64,000 nucleotides of DNA from assembly GCA_036867785.1 (NCBI GenBank), contig CP145419.1:434001-498000 (forward strand), read 5' to 3'. The notes under the pieces are model-generated. The model saw only the letters and a program-made list of their open reading frames with translations. It did no database searches and was not told the DNA's origin. Numbering within the stretch: position 1 is the stretch's first letter; each line of letters opens with the position of its first letter. Source of the DNA: Plasmodiophora brassicae. Lineage: Eukaryota. Below are positions 22,880-33,219 of the stretch, in pieces. The position numbers and the translations under genes are program-made.

Positions 22880-23573
22880 ATGAACCTGTTCATCCTGTCG
22901 GCCTGCCCTCGGCAGTGTGCGCAGTGGATGTTTGACGTGCACATCGTGAAGATCATCACGGAGGCGATCCAGATGCTGTGCGTGGCGAAGCGCATGCGGG
23001 ACCCGGAGGCCGACCACTCGGGGCTGTACGGCGCGTCGCACGTCAACCACCCAGTCACGATCTGGGTGCGCGAATCCGCGGAAAACTATCGCTGGACGAT
23101 GGCGCTCTGCGACGCCATGCACGACGAATGGAAGTATCGGTTTGACCACGAGGAGTCCCGGGTTCACGGAGCGTATCAGAAGATGCTGCTGCTTGACCCG
23201 CCGCATGATGAGGCCTTTCCGCAGCGGTCCTTGACGAAATTCGCTCAAGCCATGCCCGAGGAGTACCGATGCGACGATTCCATCGAGGCCTATCACCGAT
23301 ACTACCAGAGCCCTGACAAGCAGCGCCTAGCGTCGTGGCGAAAGCGCGACCGCCCCGACTGGTAACTCCGCCTGCTGGACGTCGTCGTTGGCTAACCTGG
23401 GCAATAGGTTCGTCCCTGATCCAAGGTTCTTCGGGTTGAGACTCCGCCGTCTGGCCAAGGAGGGTAAGCGGCGCGCTCGCGACACCGACGTCAAATCCGA
23501 ACCTGTTGAAGATGGCATCGGGCCGGCGCCCATTGTCGAACGCTTGCGTCCTCGCAAGAAAAAGACCACATAA
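22880..23573 (+). CDS. Pyrimidine-dimer DNA glycosylase (T4 endonuclease V/DenV-related)-like protein of phage/bacterial type; predicted exons 22880-23361 and 23408-23573
   Basis: MNLFILS..P...AQ..D.H.VK...E..QML, Y..SH.NHP..IW.RES..NY.W and FAQAMP.EY...D..EAY..YY...K..A.W.KR.RPDW match the 'MNIF..DKHVVKM..HPSTIW..AMPD' family as I recall it. A 46-nt intron (GTAACT, branch GCTAAC, TAG) restores RPDWF and adds a tail ending RLRPRKKKTT. Confidence 0.72.
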
Positions 23574-23833
23574 CATACATCGTGATCCACGATTCGTTGG
23601 TAGCAGCGTGGCAAACATCTTCTGGTCTATTGTATTAATCCAATATGCGGGTCACGTTGGTCCCAACTGGGCGACGGTCCAGGCAACGCCTGCCCGAATT
23701 GCCGGCGCCCTGATCAATAGCGAGGGCGCGCGCACGCGAGAAACAGGAAACAGAGAGCTGCGTCCGGCGTTGGCGCACTTGCCGTCGGAGTTCCAGTGTT
23801 GGCGGGGACTGTGTAAATATTTATGGCAAAAAC

Positions 23834-23841
23834 TATAAATA
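23834..23841 (+). promoter_or_regulatory. Possible TATA box for the 23973 gene
   Basis: TATAAATA in an AT-rich patch ~140 bp upstream of the ATG, in otherwise GC-rich DNA. Confidence 0.4.
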
Positions 23842-23972
23842 GTACGACCCCAGTCGGTCAGACAACCAGTTCCAGTGCCCTACGGTGTGGTCCCAGTCGT
23901 GAAACAACCAGTGCCGTTCGGGAAAACGGACTGCGCCTCGAGGACTGAGGAGCAGACTGATATTGGATCGAT

Positions 23973-25946
23973 ATGGCGAGGCCATGGTCTTCGTGCATGG
24001 TGGTCGTGCTGACACTGCTGGTCGTCGGCGCGCGGGGATCCGGTTCCGAACTTCCGTCTTGGTTGGTAAGCGTCACCGAGGAAGAAATGCATTCAGCGCC
24101 GCGTTATCGTAGCCCGCGTGGCCCTGTCCAGCCCGAGATGAGCAGCGCCGACGATGTCGACCCAAAGGCACAGCTAGGTGAAGCTGCGGTGCAAGCGACC
24201 ATGGCGCGCGACTTCCTCAAATCGGTCCTTCAAGATGCTGTGCCCATGATCGACACGAACCGCTACAGACAGAAACGCATCAAGAGGAGTCTCCAAGAAG
24301 TAGTCGAACTAATTGCACCGATGATGGCACAAGATGTGCCGGATGTTCTGTCATGGGTCTACTCCCACTCGAGCATGGCGTCGGTGCAGTCATGGATCGC
24401 GGCTGCAGAACCAGGGTCACAAGATGACGCGTTCAATATTGCGCAGGCAGTATACAAGCTGATCAAGCTGTCTCAAGGCGAAGTTATTAGTGCTGCACGA
24501 TACGATGAGCGATTTTGCGACTTCGTGATCGAGGAGCCTGGAGGCTTGACGTGGAGGCTTCTTTCTTTAGATCCTTCTGGCGGGCGTTGCCAAAACCAAG
24601 ACCAGGAAAATATGTTTCTGACAGACGAGATGGTCAAGGCCCATCAGCCTGATCTGTACATGATGTACGCTATGACAATGTCTGATCCTACTGACATCGA
24701 GAACATCAAAAACATGATCGATATTGCACGTACTCTGGAAGAAAATGATGCCTTGTCATATAACCTGTTCCTCCGCGTTGAAGAACTGGCACACTATTCG
24801 GCCGTGTTTCGTGCATTGTTTCCTCTGATCCGCAACCACCCGCTCTATGATAGAATTGATGAAACGCCAAGCCTGTATCTGGACGAGTTGATGTTGAGCG
24901 TCGACGACAAGCTTCAACGTATCCTTATTGCATCCATGAACTACGTCACCAAGGTCGAGCATTATCAGCAGGACTCTTGTTATACGATCAGAGACTGGCA
25001 GAACTCGGGCAAGAGAACCGAGGTAGTCAAGGCAACAATGAGGGCTGCAATGAAGGCGGCAGCTTGGGAAGTCTTTGAAGTCCAGGTAGACGATGACCTC
25101 ACTACCCCACTGTTCCCGCTAAAGGAACCGAAGACACGGAACAAGAGGGCAAAGAAGACGAAGAAGAAGAGGCGACAACCTGAGAGTGACGCCGGATTGT
25201 ACGCCAAGTATGATGAGGGCATGGGGTCGGCAAGTACCAGTCTTGGCGTCGGCGACGTTCAGTCCAGCTCCTGCGATGACTCTGGAGCCGGTCAGTGGAG
25301 CTGTGAGGTTGGCGACTATGTTCAGCAAGCACCCGAAGGAGCCGGTCAGTGGAGCTATCGAGCTGGCGACCATGTTCACCAAGCATACGAAGGAGCCGGA
25401 CATTGCAGCTATGAAGGTGGCGGCTATGCTCACCAAGCATACGAAGACGGGCAGGCGAGCTATGACGCTGGCGACTCTGCTCTGGAAGCATTCGAACATC
25501 TCGCGATCACACCCACGCACGTCACCGACGACCAGTACGAGCGCTCTTACCTGAACGAGGGCACCGGGCAGTACTGGCAGGATACCGTCGCGTCCGGGAG
25601 CAGTGTCCTGCCTTCGTCACCGACAAAGCGTGGACGCAGGTCCCGGCGCAAAGCAGCAGCTGCTGCACGATGTGATCATCAAGGCAGAGACGACGCCGTG
25701 CCGACGGCGACCAGGCTGCCCGACGAACTACCGACTAGGCTCGACAGGTTCGTGACGACGATGTCGGCACACTTCAAGATGCGACAGAGCTGTACCCAAG
25801 GCACTCTCCACTTCTACGACAAGGAAACGGGCGAGTCTGTGTTCAGCATGCATCGCCCACACGGCAAGAAGAACGCCGACATCCGCCCAGATGTCCTGAA
25901 TCGCATCCACAGCAGTCTACGCGCGTACGAAGATCAGCGCCGCTGA
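23973..25946 (+). CDS. 657-aa putative secreted protein with basic NLS-like tracts, 18-aa repeats and a C-terminal HicA-like domain; effector candidate
   Basis: Uninterrupted ORF; leader MARPWSSCMVVVLTLLVVGARG; basic tracts KTRNKRAKKTKKKRR and KRGRRSRRK; C-terminus GTLHFYDKETGESVFSMHRPHGKKNADIRPDVLNRIHSSL. Confidence 0.75.
   Translation: MARPWSSCMVVVLTLLVVGARGSGSELPSWLVSVTEEEMHSAPRYRSPRGPVQPEMSSADDVDPKAQLGEAAVQATMARDFLKSVLQDAVPMIDTNRYRQKRIKRSLQEVVELIAPMMAQDVPDVLSWVYSHSSMASVQSWIAAAEPGSQDDAFNIAQAVYKLIKLSQGEVISAARYDERFCDFVIEEPGGLTWRLLSLDPSGGRCQNQDQENMFLTDEMVKAHQPDLYMMYAMTMSDPTDIENIKNMIDIARTLEENDALSYNLFLRVEELAHYSAVFRALFPLIRNHPLYDRIDETPSLYLDELMLSVDDKLQRILIASMNYVTKVEHYQQDSCYTIRDWQNSGKRTEVVKATMRAAMKAAAWEVFEVQVDDDLTTPLFPLKEPKTRNKRAKKTKKKRRQPESDAGLYAKYDEGMGSASTSLGVGDVQSSSCDDSGAGQWSCEVGDYVQQAPEGAGQWSYRAGDHVHQAYEGAGHCSYEGGGYAHQAYEDGQASYDAGDSALEAFEHLAITPTHVTDDQYERSYLNEGTGQYWQDTVASGSSVLPSSPTKRGRRSRRKAAAAARCDHQGRDDAVPTATRLPDELPTRLDRFVTTMSAHFKMRQSCTQGTLHFYDKETGESVFSMHRPHGKKNADIRPDVLNRIHSSLRAYEDQRR
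25284..25478 (+). repeat. 54-bp (18-aa) intragenic tandem repeat, ~3.5 copies
   Basis: Units start with GGAGCCGG at 25284, 25338 and 25392, with a degenerate 4th at ~25446: GAGQWSCEVGDYVQQAPE / GAGQWSYRAGDHVHQAYE / GAGHCSYEGGGYAHQAYE. Confidence 0.9.
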
Positions 25947-26065
25947 CTGAATGCCATTTGAAATGAAAGTACCCGACACGTGCGGAATTCTGCCCTGGCC
26001 CACACCCTGTCGTTCGTTTCGTTTCGCCTTTGCGTTTCGCGCTATATATTCAGGTCGGCGCCGCC

Positions 26066-26155
26066 TACACGTCCGGCATTGTTGCCGGCATCGACAGCAA
26101 TGGGAAAGGCGCCGTCTACGGCTATGGTGGCATAGGTTCGTTCGAGCGAGTCCCG
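26066..26155 (+). pseudogene. Isolated fragment resembling 20S proteasome subunit beta-6 (PSMB1/Pre7)
   Basis: YTSGIVAGIDSNGKGAVYGYGGIGSFERVP resembles the beta-6 segment YY..I.AGLD..GKGAVYS(Y/F)D.(V/I)GS(Y/F)ER. No flanking parts of the gene are recognisable. Confidence 0.55.
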
Positions 26156-26434
26156 CTCCTGGCGAAATGCATGATGGTCGAATGCATCCTGATGCTAAAC
26201 GAGCCCGTACGTACCACCACGCGCGGGGGTGGGGGTGGGGGCTATGTTGGTAATATCATTGCCACATGTCAACCGCAGTCGGCAGTCGGCCCCGGGCGAA
26301 CCTGGAAGCCGAGCCTGGAAGCCGGCCCGAGCCTGGCAGTTCTGTATTGTATTTGGGGGTGGCAAAACCAGTCGAAATCCCGCGAATCTGGAGCGGTCAG
26401 GCCGTCACAGCGTGAAAGTTCAACTGCGTTGACG

Positions 26435-29400
26435 ATGAAGGTCCCGGGGCCGACCGGACCGCGCCTGCCTCCCGATGCGTACACGCCAAAGTGGTTCGCA
26501 GTGGGCCCGGGCGAGATGCCGCTGGACGGGTCGGACTCGGGTGCTGAGACGACCTACGAGCTCAGCCGCGCCGTCGCCCGATCCATCGCCCCGGCTGCCG
26601 TCACTCGATCCATCACGAAGATTGTAGAACTTCGGGTCCACTCATACCCAAACGGCGAATTTTCAGACGATTCGCTTCCGTGTAGATGGCTGCGAATCGT
26701 GGAGAGATCGCCATGAGGATTTGTCGTGCGGCGCATGAACTGGGCCTGAACACGGTCGCCATATTCTCTACGGAAGATCGGCTCAGCCTGCACCGATACC
26801 GTGCCGATGAATCGTACCTGGTCTGTGAACGTCCTGTCAAGGGTCTGCTATTGCACTGAACGGCGAGGTTGCCGTAGGTCGGTGAAGGAAAGGCTCCAAT
26901 CGCGGCCTACCTTGACATGGACGACATTTTGAGGATTGCCATTGACAACAAAGTTGACGCAATCCACCCTGGATGTACGCAAACGATTTCCTCACAGTGT
27001 GTATCACATGGAAGCTGATGGCTGGCGCAGACGGCTTCTTGTCAGAAAGCAGCGAGTTCGCCGAACGCGTCAGGAAGGCTGGCATCATCTTCGTTGGACC
27101 GTCCGCGGACGCTATCGAGCGACTGGGAACGAAAACAAAGGCACGAACGATTGCCATTGCGGCGGGCGTTCCTGTCATTCCCGGTTCGGATGGACCCTGT
27201 CAGACTGCACAGGTACTTCCTAAGGCACCGTTTCTCGTGCAGAGTTGTTTGACAACGTGCGAAACGCGTGGTTAGGAGGTTCACAAGTTTACTGAACAAC
27301 ACGGTCTGCCTATCATATTAAAGGCAGCTTATGGTGGTGGCGGTCGCGGAATGAGGTCAGCAAGTGCCTGCTGCCCGTGTTGCAATCGCCCCTAACCGCT
27401 ATTCAGGGTTGTTCGTTCAAAACCGGAAATCGACGAGGCGTTCCGGCGAGCTTCATCTGAAGCTTTGGCGAGCTTCGGTAACGGTACCGTCTTTGTTGAG
27501 CGCTTCCTGTCAGAGCCGGTAGACATGTGCTGCTCCGTTGTGTCGCATCGTAGCTGACGTCTGTCATAAGCGGCACATTGAGGTCCAGATTATGGGCGAC
27601 ACGCAAGGCAATGGTAAATGTTGCTCGGTGATCTGCAATTAGGAGACCTCATAGAGCTCACAGTCGTGCACTTCTTTGAACGTGACTGCAGCGTTCAGCG
27701 ACGATACCAGAAAGTATGTGTGCCCTATGCGTTGTGCTTGTAAATGCGAATGCATCGCATGTCCTAATTTCCGTTGCACAGGTTGTGGAGTTTGCTCCGG
27801 CGCAGAACCTGGCGCCGACGACCAGAACCGCCATTCTCGCGGATGCTCTCAAGATTGCAAAGGAGGTCGGATACTACAACGCCGGCACAGGTAATGGGTT
27901 TTGCTTTGATCCGCATTGATGTAAACGGCGCTGATACGTGTATGCAGTTGAATTCCTTGTGGACGAGAAAGATCGGCACTATTTTGTAAGGGGGTTCGGA
28001 ACGCTGGATGACACTGTGGTACCCATAATCGCGATGACTAGATTGAGGTCAACCCTCGAATTCAGGTCGAGCACACCGTTTCGGAAGAGATCACTGGCTT
28101 CGATCTCGTCAAAACGCAGATCGCCGTCGCGTGTGGAGTGCCGCTTTCGGAGCTTGGCATAACGCAGGACGCAATTCACTGCCATGGGTGCGCCATTCAG
28201 CTTCGAATCACAACCGAAGATCCAGTGGAGGGGTTCCGGCCAGACTCTGGCCGTCTTGAAGTGTACCGGTCTAGCGGCGGAATTGGGGTCCGCCAGGATG
28301 GGGCTTGTGCTGCTGGCAGCATCGTGTCGCCTCACTATGATTCGCTTCTCGTCAAGGTCATCGTTAGTGCTCTTACGTTTGACGAGGCGATTATTCGCTG
28401 TCTTCGCGCTCTGGCAGGTTCGTGCAACTCTATTACAACCACCCTACACTAGACACTGAAGGCGGAATCTAGAGTTCAGAATTCGTGGCGTGAAGACCAA
28501 CATTCCTTTCCTGCAGAAGCTGCTGACGCATCCGTACTTCCGCCAGCACCGCGGGGCCCACACAAATTTCATCGATCAGACACCAGATGTGCTCACTTAC
28601 CGCCTGTCGGCTGACCGAGCGACTCGGTTGCTGTCATTCTTGTCTGACATCAAAGTCAACGGCCTTGACCTGCCGAACAAGGTCGATGTTCTTCCAGATC
28701 CTGCACCACTGCCGCCGCTGGATTTGTTCACACCGACTCCTGATAAACGTCCGTCCGGCTTCCGAGACATTCTCCTTCGACACGGACCCAAAGCGTTTGC
28801 AAAAGCCGTTCGTGAACATGAAGGGGTATGCTAAAGCCTTGTGTCGTTCAACAATCTCAACTAACTGTCTCTTAGCTGCTTATCATGGATACGACCTGGC
28901 GTGATGCCCATCAGTCATTGCTGGCGACGCGCGTCCGGACGTACGACATCAAGCAGATTGCGAAACAGACGTCGTTTGCCCTGTATGTGTCATGACAAGC
29001 AAGCAGCTGACCATTCCACGTTATTGACTGTTGGTGTGTATAGCGCTAAAGCCTACAGTATTGAATGCTGGGGCGGGGCAACGTTTGACGTTGCCCTGAG
29101 GTTTCTGCACGAGTGCCCATGGGAACGCTTGGAGACATTGCGACGTCGTGTTCCCAATATTCCTTTCCAAATGCTGCTCCGTGGTGCGAACGCTGTAGGT
29201 TATACGTCATACCCAGGTGACGCCGACCAACGTCTGATCCCATGTAATGAACTGCACTGATCGTGCTCTGCCGGCAGACAACGTCGTCTTTGAATTCGTC
29301 AAGTGCGCCCAACAGCATGGGATCGACATTTTCAGGGTCTTCGACTCGCTGAACTCCATGGAGAATCTTGCTCTTGGAATCAAGGCCATCCACGCTGCTG

Positions 29401-31184
29401 GCGCCGTTGTAGAAGCCTGCATTTGCTACACTGGGGATGTCAGCGATTCAACGAAAACCAAGTATACGACAGAGTACTACCTTGATCTCGTCCGTCAGCT
29501 CGTGGAACTCGACATTCACGTGCTTGCAATCAAGGACATGGCGGGGCTACTGAAGCCAAAGTACCTATCGCTAGTCCTACCTTTCTGTTGCGATGATCTA
29601 ATTGTTTCGCAGAGCGGCCCGCATTCTCGTAGGAGCTATCAGGAAAGAATTCCCCTGGCTGCCTATCCATGTGCACACACATGATACAGCAGGCACTGGT
29701 GTCGCTGCCATGATTGCCTGTGGTGAAGCTGGGGCGGACGTCGTTGATGCTGCTATTGACAGTTAGTTGTTCCTTCGGCCTCACCGTTATCCTGTCTTGA
29801 TGCATCTGCCAGGTCTGTCCGGGCTGACATCTCAGCCGTCAATGGGCGCTATCGTCGGTGCTCTTGAAGGGACCCCACTGGACACTGGCCTTTCGCTGCA
29901 GGATCTGTCGCATCTGAACGACTACTGGGAAATGACGAGAGGTTCCATTTGCCTTGTTGGTTTCATGGTAACGTTACTGACGGTCGCCACCAGAACTCTA
30001 TGCGGCTTTCGAGTCGCCAAGTTTGCGAAGTGGCAATTCAGATGTCTACGTAAGATGACGTTACTTGAAGATCATTGGTTCCCGAAGTCTTACAAGTGTT
30101 ACTGCGACAGATTCATGAGATGCCTGGAGGCCAGTACACCAATCTGCAGTACCAGGCGTTTAAACTTGGTCTCGGAAAAAGCTGGCCGGCCATCAAGGTT
30201 GCTTACGCGCAGGTTGACCTCATCGTTGCACACCGTATCGAGCGTGTCGCTAAGCACCTGGATCATCTAGGCGAACCGCTTGCTAGGCGATATTGTTAAA
30301 GTGACTCCATCGTCTAAGGTCGTCGGTGATCTTGCACAGTTTATGGTGCAGGTGAGGAGCAGTCCCATGACGCTGTCCTCCTCGTTTGCTTATACGACAT
30401 GCAGAATGGGCTATCCGAAGATGACGTCCGAGCTCAGGCGAAAACACTTTCGTTCCCCACCTCCGTCGTTCAGTTCTTCCAAGGTTACATTGGCATTCCC
30501 CAAGGCGGCTTTCCCGAACCCTTACGAAGCGACGTTGTTCGCGACCTGCCGTGCTTCAAGGAGCGGCCCGGCAAGACGTTGCCACCTCTCGACTTCGCTG
30601 ATCTGCGGGACCGCTTGGAGAAGAAGTTTTCGTTCCCGATTCGCGAATGCGATATTCTCAGTGCTGCTCTCTACCCTCAAGTGTTCGACGAGTATGGCGA
30701 ATTCGTCACCAAGTACGGTGACATATCGGTGCTCCCGACGCCGCTCGTGTTCGCTCCGGTGGCCGTTGGCAAAGAAGTGTCGTTCGAGATCGAGCGCGGT
30801 AAACGCCTGTACGTTAAGTTGCTGACCGTGGGGCCGGCCACGGGGAGCGGCAAGCGCGAGGTCTTCTGGGAAGTCAACGGAAACGCCCGGTCTGTTCATG
30901 TTGACGACCGAACCGCAGCTGTTGACAGCAAGGCACGACCCGCGTCGGACCCGAACGATCCCGGATCCGTTGGAGCGCCCATGAGCGGCGTCGTCGTCGA
31001 CGTCCGCGTTACGGTGGGCACCGCTGTGAAGGTGGGCGACCCACTCGCTGTCCTCTCTGCAATGAAGATGGAGACGGTCGTTGCCGCCCCTGTTGGCGGC
31101 GTTGTCGCTGCGGTTGCCGTCTCCTCGGGCGATTCCATCACGGCTGGCGACCTGATCGCGTCCATCAAGAAGGCCCCCGAATGA
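26435..31184 (+). CDS. PYC: Pyruvate carboxylase (multi-exon); start codon uncertain
   Basis: [82 protein letters not shown] and the biotinylation motif AMKM, joined by short GT-AG introns. Confidence 0.96.
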
Positions 31185-31263
31185 ATGCCGTCGTCGACAA
31201 CTTGGCCTGTCACGTTTGGCAAAGCACCATCGATATACAGAACTGTGGCCAACGTCCCTTTGT

Positions 31264-31902
31264 CTATTTGTCCAACAGGTCCACGTCATGCGCAGCGCTG
31301 ACGTCGTCCAATTCAAGAGCAGCAGATGGTTCGATAGGGCCCAGTGCCTTATCCTGGGCGGAGTGGTCGAACACGGGCCCGTTGGCCGCTGCGTTGCGGT
31401 TCATCAAGCGTCTGAACGCACACTGGGTCGCGTAGAGAATCACCAGGGCAATGGCGCACACCACGATGATGGTCGTGCTCTGCGACTTCGTGCCTGGCGT
31501 AACCAGCTTGACGCAAGGCGATTGCTGCTCTGTTGGGAAGACTTGCCCATGGCAGGCGAACAGGACGCTGACCTGGACCTGAACGTTGCCGATTGCGGAG
31601 AGGCTGGATTGCAGGTGAAGAGCGAGGCCGGAGACACTGGCGTCGTCGGGCGGCGTTACTTGGTACATGGCGGATGACGAAGCGTCATTGTCTGACGTGG
31701 CCGACAGGTCGACCGTTGTGCCCGCTGGGCATAACGACGCGATCGTCGACGTCATGTTCTGGATCGCGCTCATCGACACGTTTGTGCTCGGCCAAACGGC
31801 GACCACATGGACGAACGGGCCATCGTCTGGCACTCCCTGCAGGATCGATATGCCAAGCACCACAGCCAGCACAAGGCGCGGCAGCCCAGACGAACTCTGC
31901 AT
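31264..31902 (-). CDS. Small type-I membrane protein of unknown function
   Basis: Signal-like N-terminus (LVLAVVLGISILQG), a Ser/Thr-rich ectodomain and one TM helix IIVVCAIALVILYA. Confidence 0.6.
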   Translation of the reverse strand: MQSSSGLPRLVLAVVLGISILQGVPDDGPFVHVVAVWPSTNVSMSAIQNMTSTIASLCPAGTTVDLSATSDNDASSSAMYQVTPPDDASVSGLALHLQSSLSAIGNVQVQVSVLFACHGQVFPTEQQSPCVKLVTPGTKSQSTTIIVVCAIALVILYATQCAFRRLMNRNAAANGPVFDHSAQDKALGPIEPSAALELDDVSAAHDVDLLDK

Positions 31903-32282
31903 CGTGTCGGTCTCTTAGAGGCGCAGCCTCTCACTCTCTCTGGTCTGCCTTTCACAGTGTACCCAGCCCCGACCCGAAACGACGCCTCCATGACGGTTGC
32001 CAGGACTGCTTTCACTGTTGAAAGTCGCTGCATTACCGTCCTGGGAACAGGCGCGGATTGCCACTCAGAGCGTATAAAGGGGCGGGTATGATTGTGGGGG
32101 GTTTGGCAGGTCGAACGAGCGCCCGTCAGATCTGACGACCGGCACTGGCAGCTACTGGATCTCGCTGTTGGGGTTCTGGAGCAGCACTCCCAGTCGTTCG
32201 CCAGTCAGTCGCAGACTGTCACTCGGGGCGACGTGTTCGAGGCAGCCATCATTGTGGATCCGCCCATCGGGGGACGTCGGCG

Positions 32283-33153
32283 ATGGCCAACGACTACCGC
32301 TATCCGGGGATCATCGACGTCGCCGTCAACTACGATGACATCGACCTGAACGTCGTCAGCATTCCGGGCGAAGGCGGGTCCCCGATCTACACTCTGACGC
32401 GGTGCGAAGCAGCCCTGCTCGTTGCCCGAGCGTTCGTGACGTACGGGTCCATCGCCCTCTACTGCTTCACCTACACGACGCTGCGGTTCGGGTCCAGTTG
32501 CCTAACGCAGGACAACGCGGCCTCCACCGACGTCGTCTACCTCGTACACGGCATCATGCTGTTCACCATGATCGCGGCCGCCTTCACCATCTGCGTCGAC
32601 CTGCGGTTCCTCTGGATCGTCAGGCGCCACCGCTCCCGGCAAGCCCTCGACCAGCGCGTTGTCGAGCTGTTCCCGTCCCCGTTGTTCATCCTTTACTACG
32701 CGTACACGCGCGGCGATGGGTTCGGGGCCAACTCCAGGGAACCTGCAATGGTAACCCCCGGGGCCATCAGCATCTCGACGTCGAACGCTGACCGACCGCC
32801 TGCAGTTGCACATTGGGTTGTACTCGATCATCTGCGATCTGCCGATCGCACTGATACTGTCCATTGTGCTGACGTCGTTCGAGGTCGGGTTCCCGTCGAT
32901 CACCTGGGCGGCGTTCGCGATCGCCATGTGGAACACGAGCAGCGGGTGCTTCGTGATTCCCTGTGCGTTTGCGGACCCGCCCAAGGACCAGGACGACGAC
33001 CTGGACAGGCTGGAGGGCGACGCCGGCGACAAGCTCGACGAGAGGCAGATACAGCTGATCAGGGCCATGCGGATGCGCGCCAGAGAGATCCTGATCGACA
33101 AGGAGAACCGGCAAGCACGACGACATCGAGGCACGGCGGCTCGACAACCGTAA
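32283..33153 (+). CDS. Multi-pass membrane protein of unknown function (intron ~32751-32806)
   Basis: Several hydrophobic segments. Exon 2 (LHIGLYSIICDLPIALILSIVL...) continues in frame to TAA at 33151-33153. Confidence 0.65.
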
Positions 33154-33219
33154 CCGCAGAAACCCGCATTCCTATACAAGAACTCGAACGGGACGACGAA
33201 CGTCGGTCGGACGGCTTGT

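Noticed and set aside
25284-25478. Regularly spaced repeats as a possible CRISPR array
   Set aside because: These are tandem in-frame coding repeats without unique spacers, in a eukaryotic context with no cas genes.
26030-26716. 228-aa ORF as a single real protein
   Set aside because: It appears to be a chance in-frame concatenation of the proteasome fragment, intergenic DNA, pyruvate carboxylase exon 1 and its first intron.
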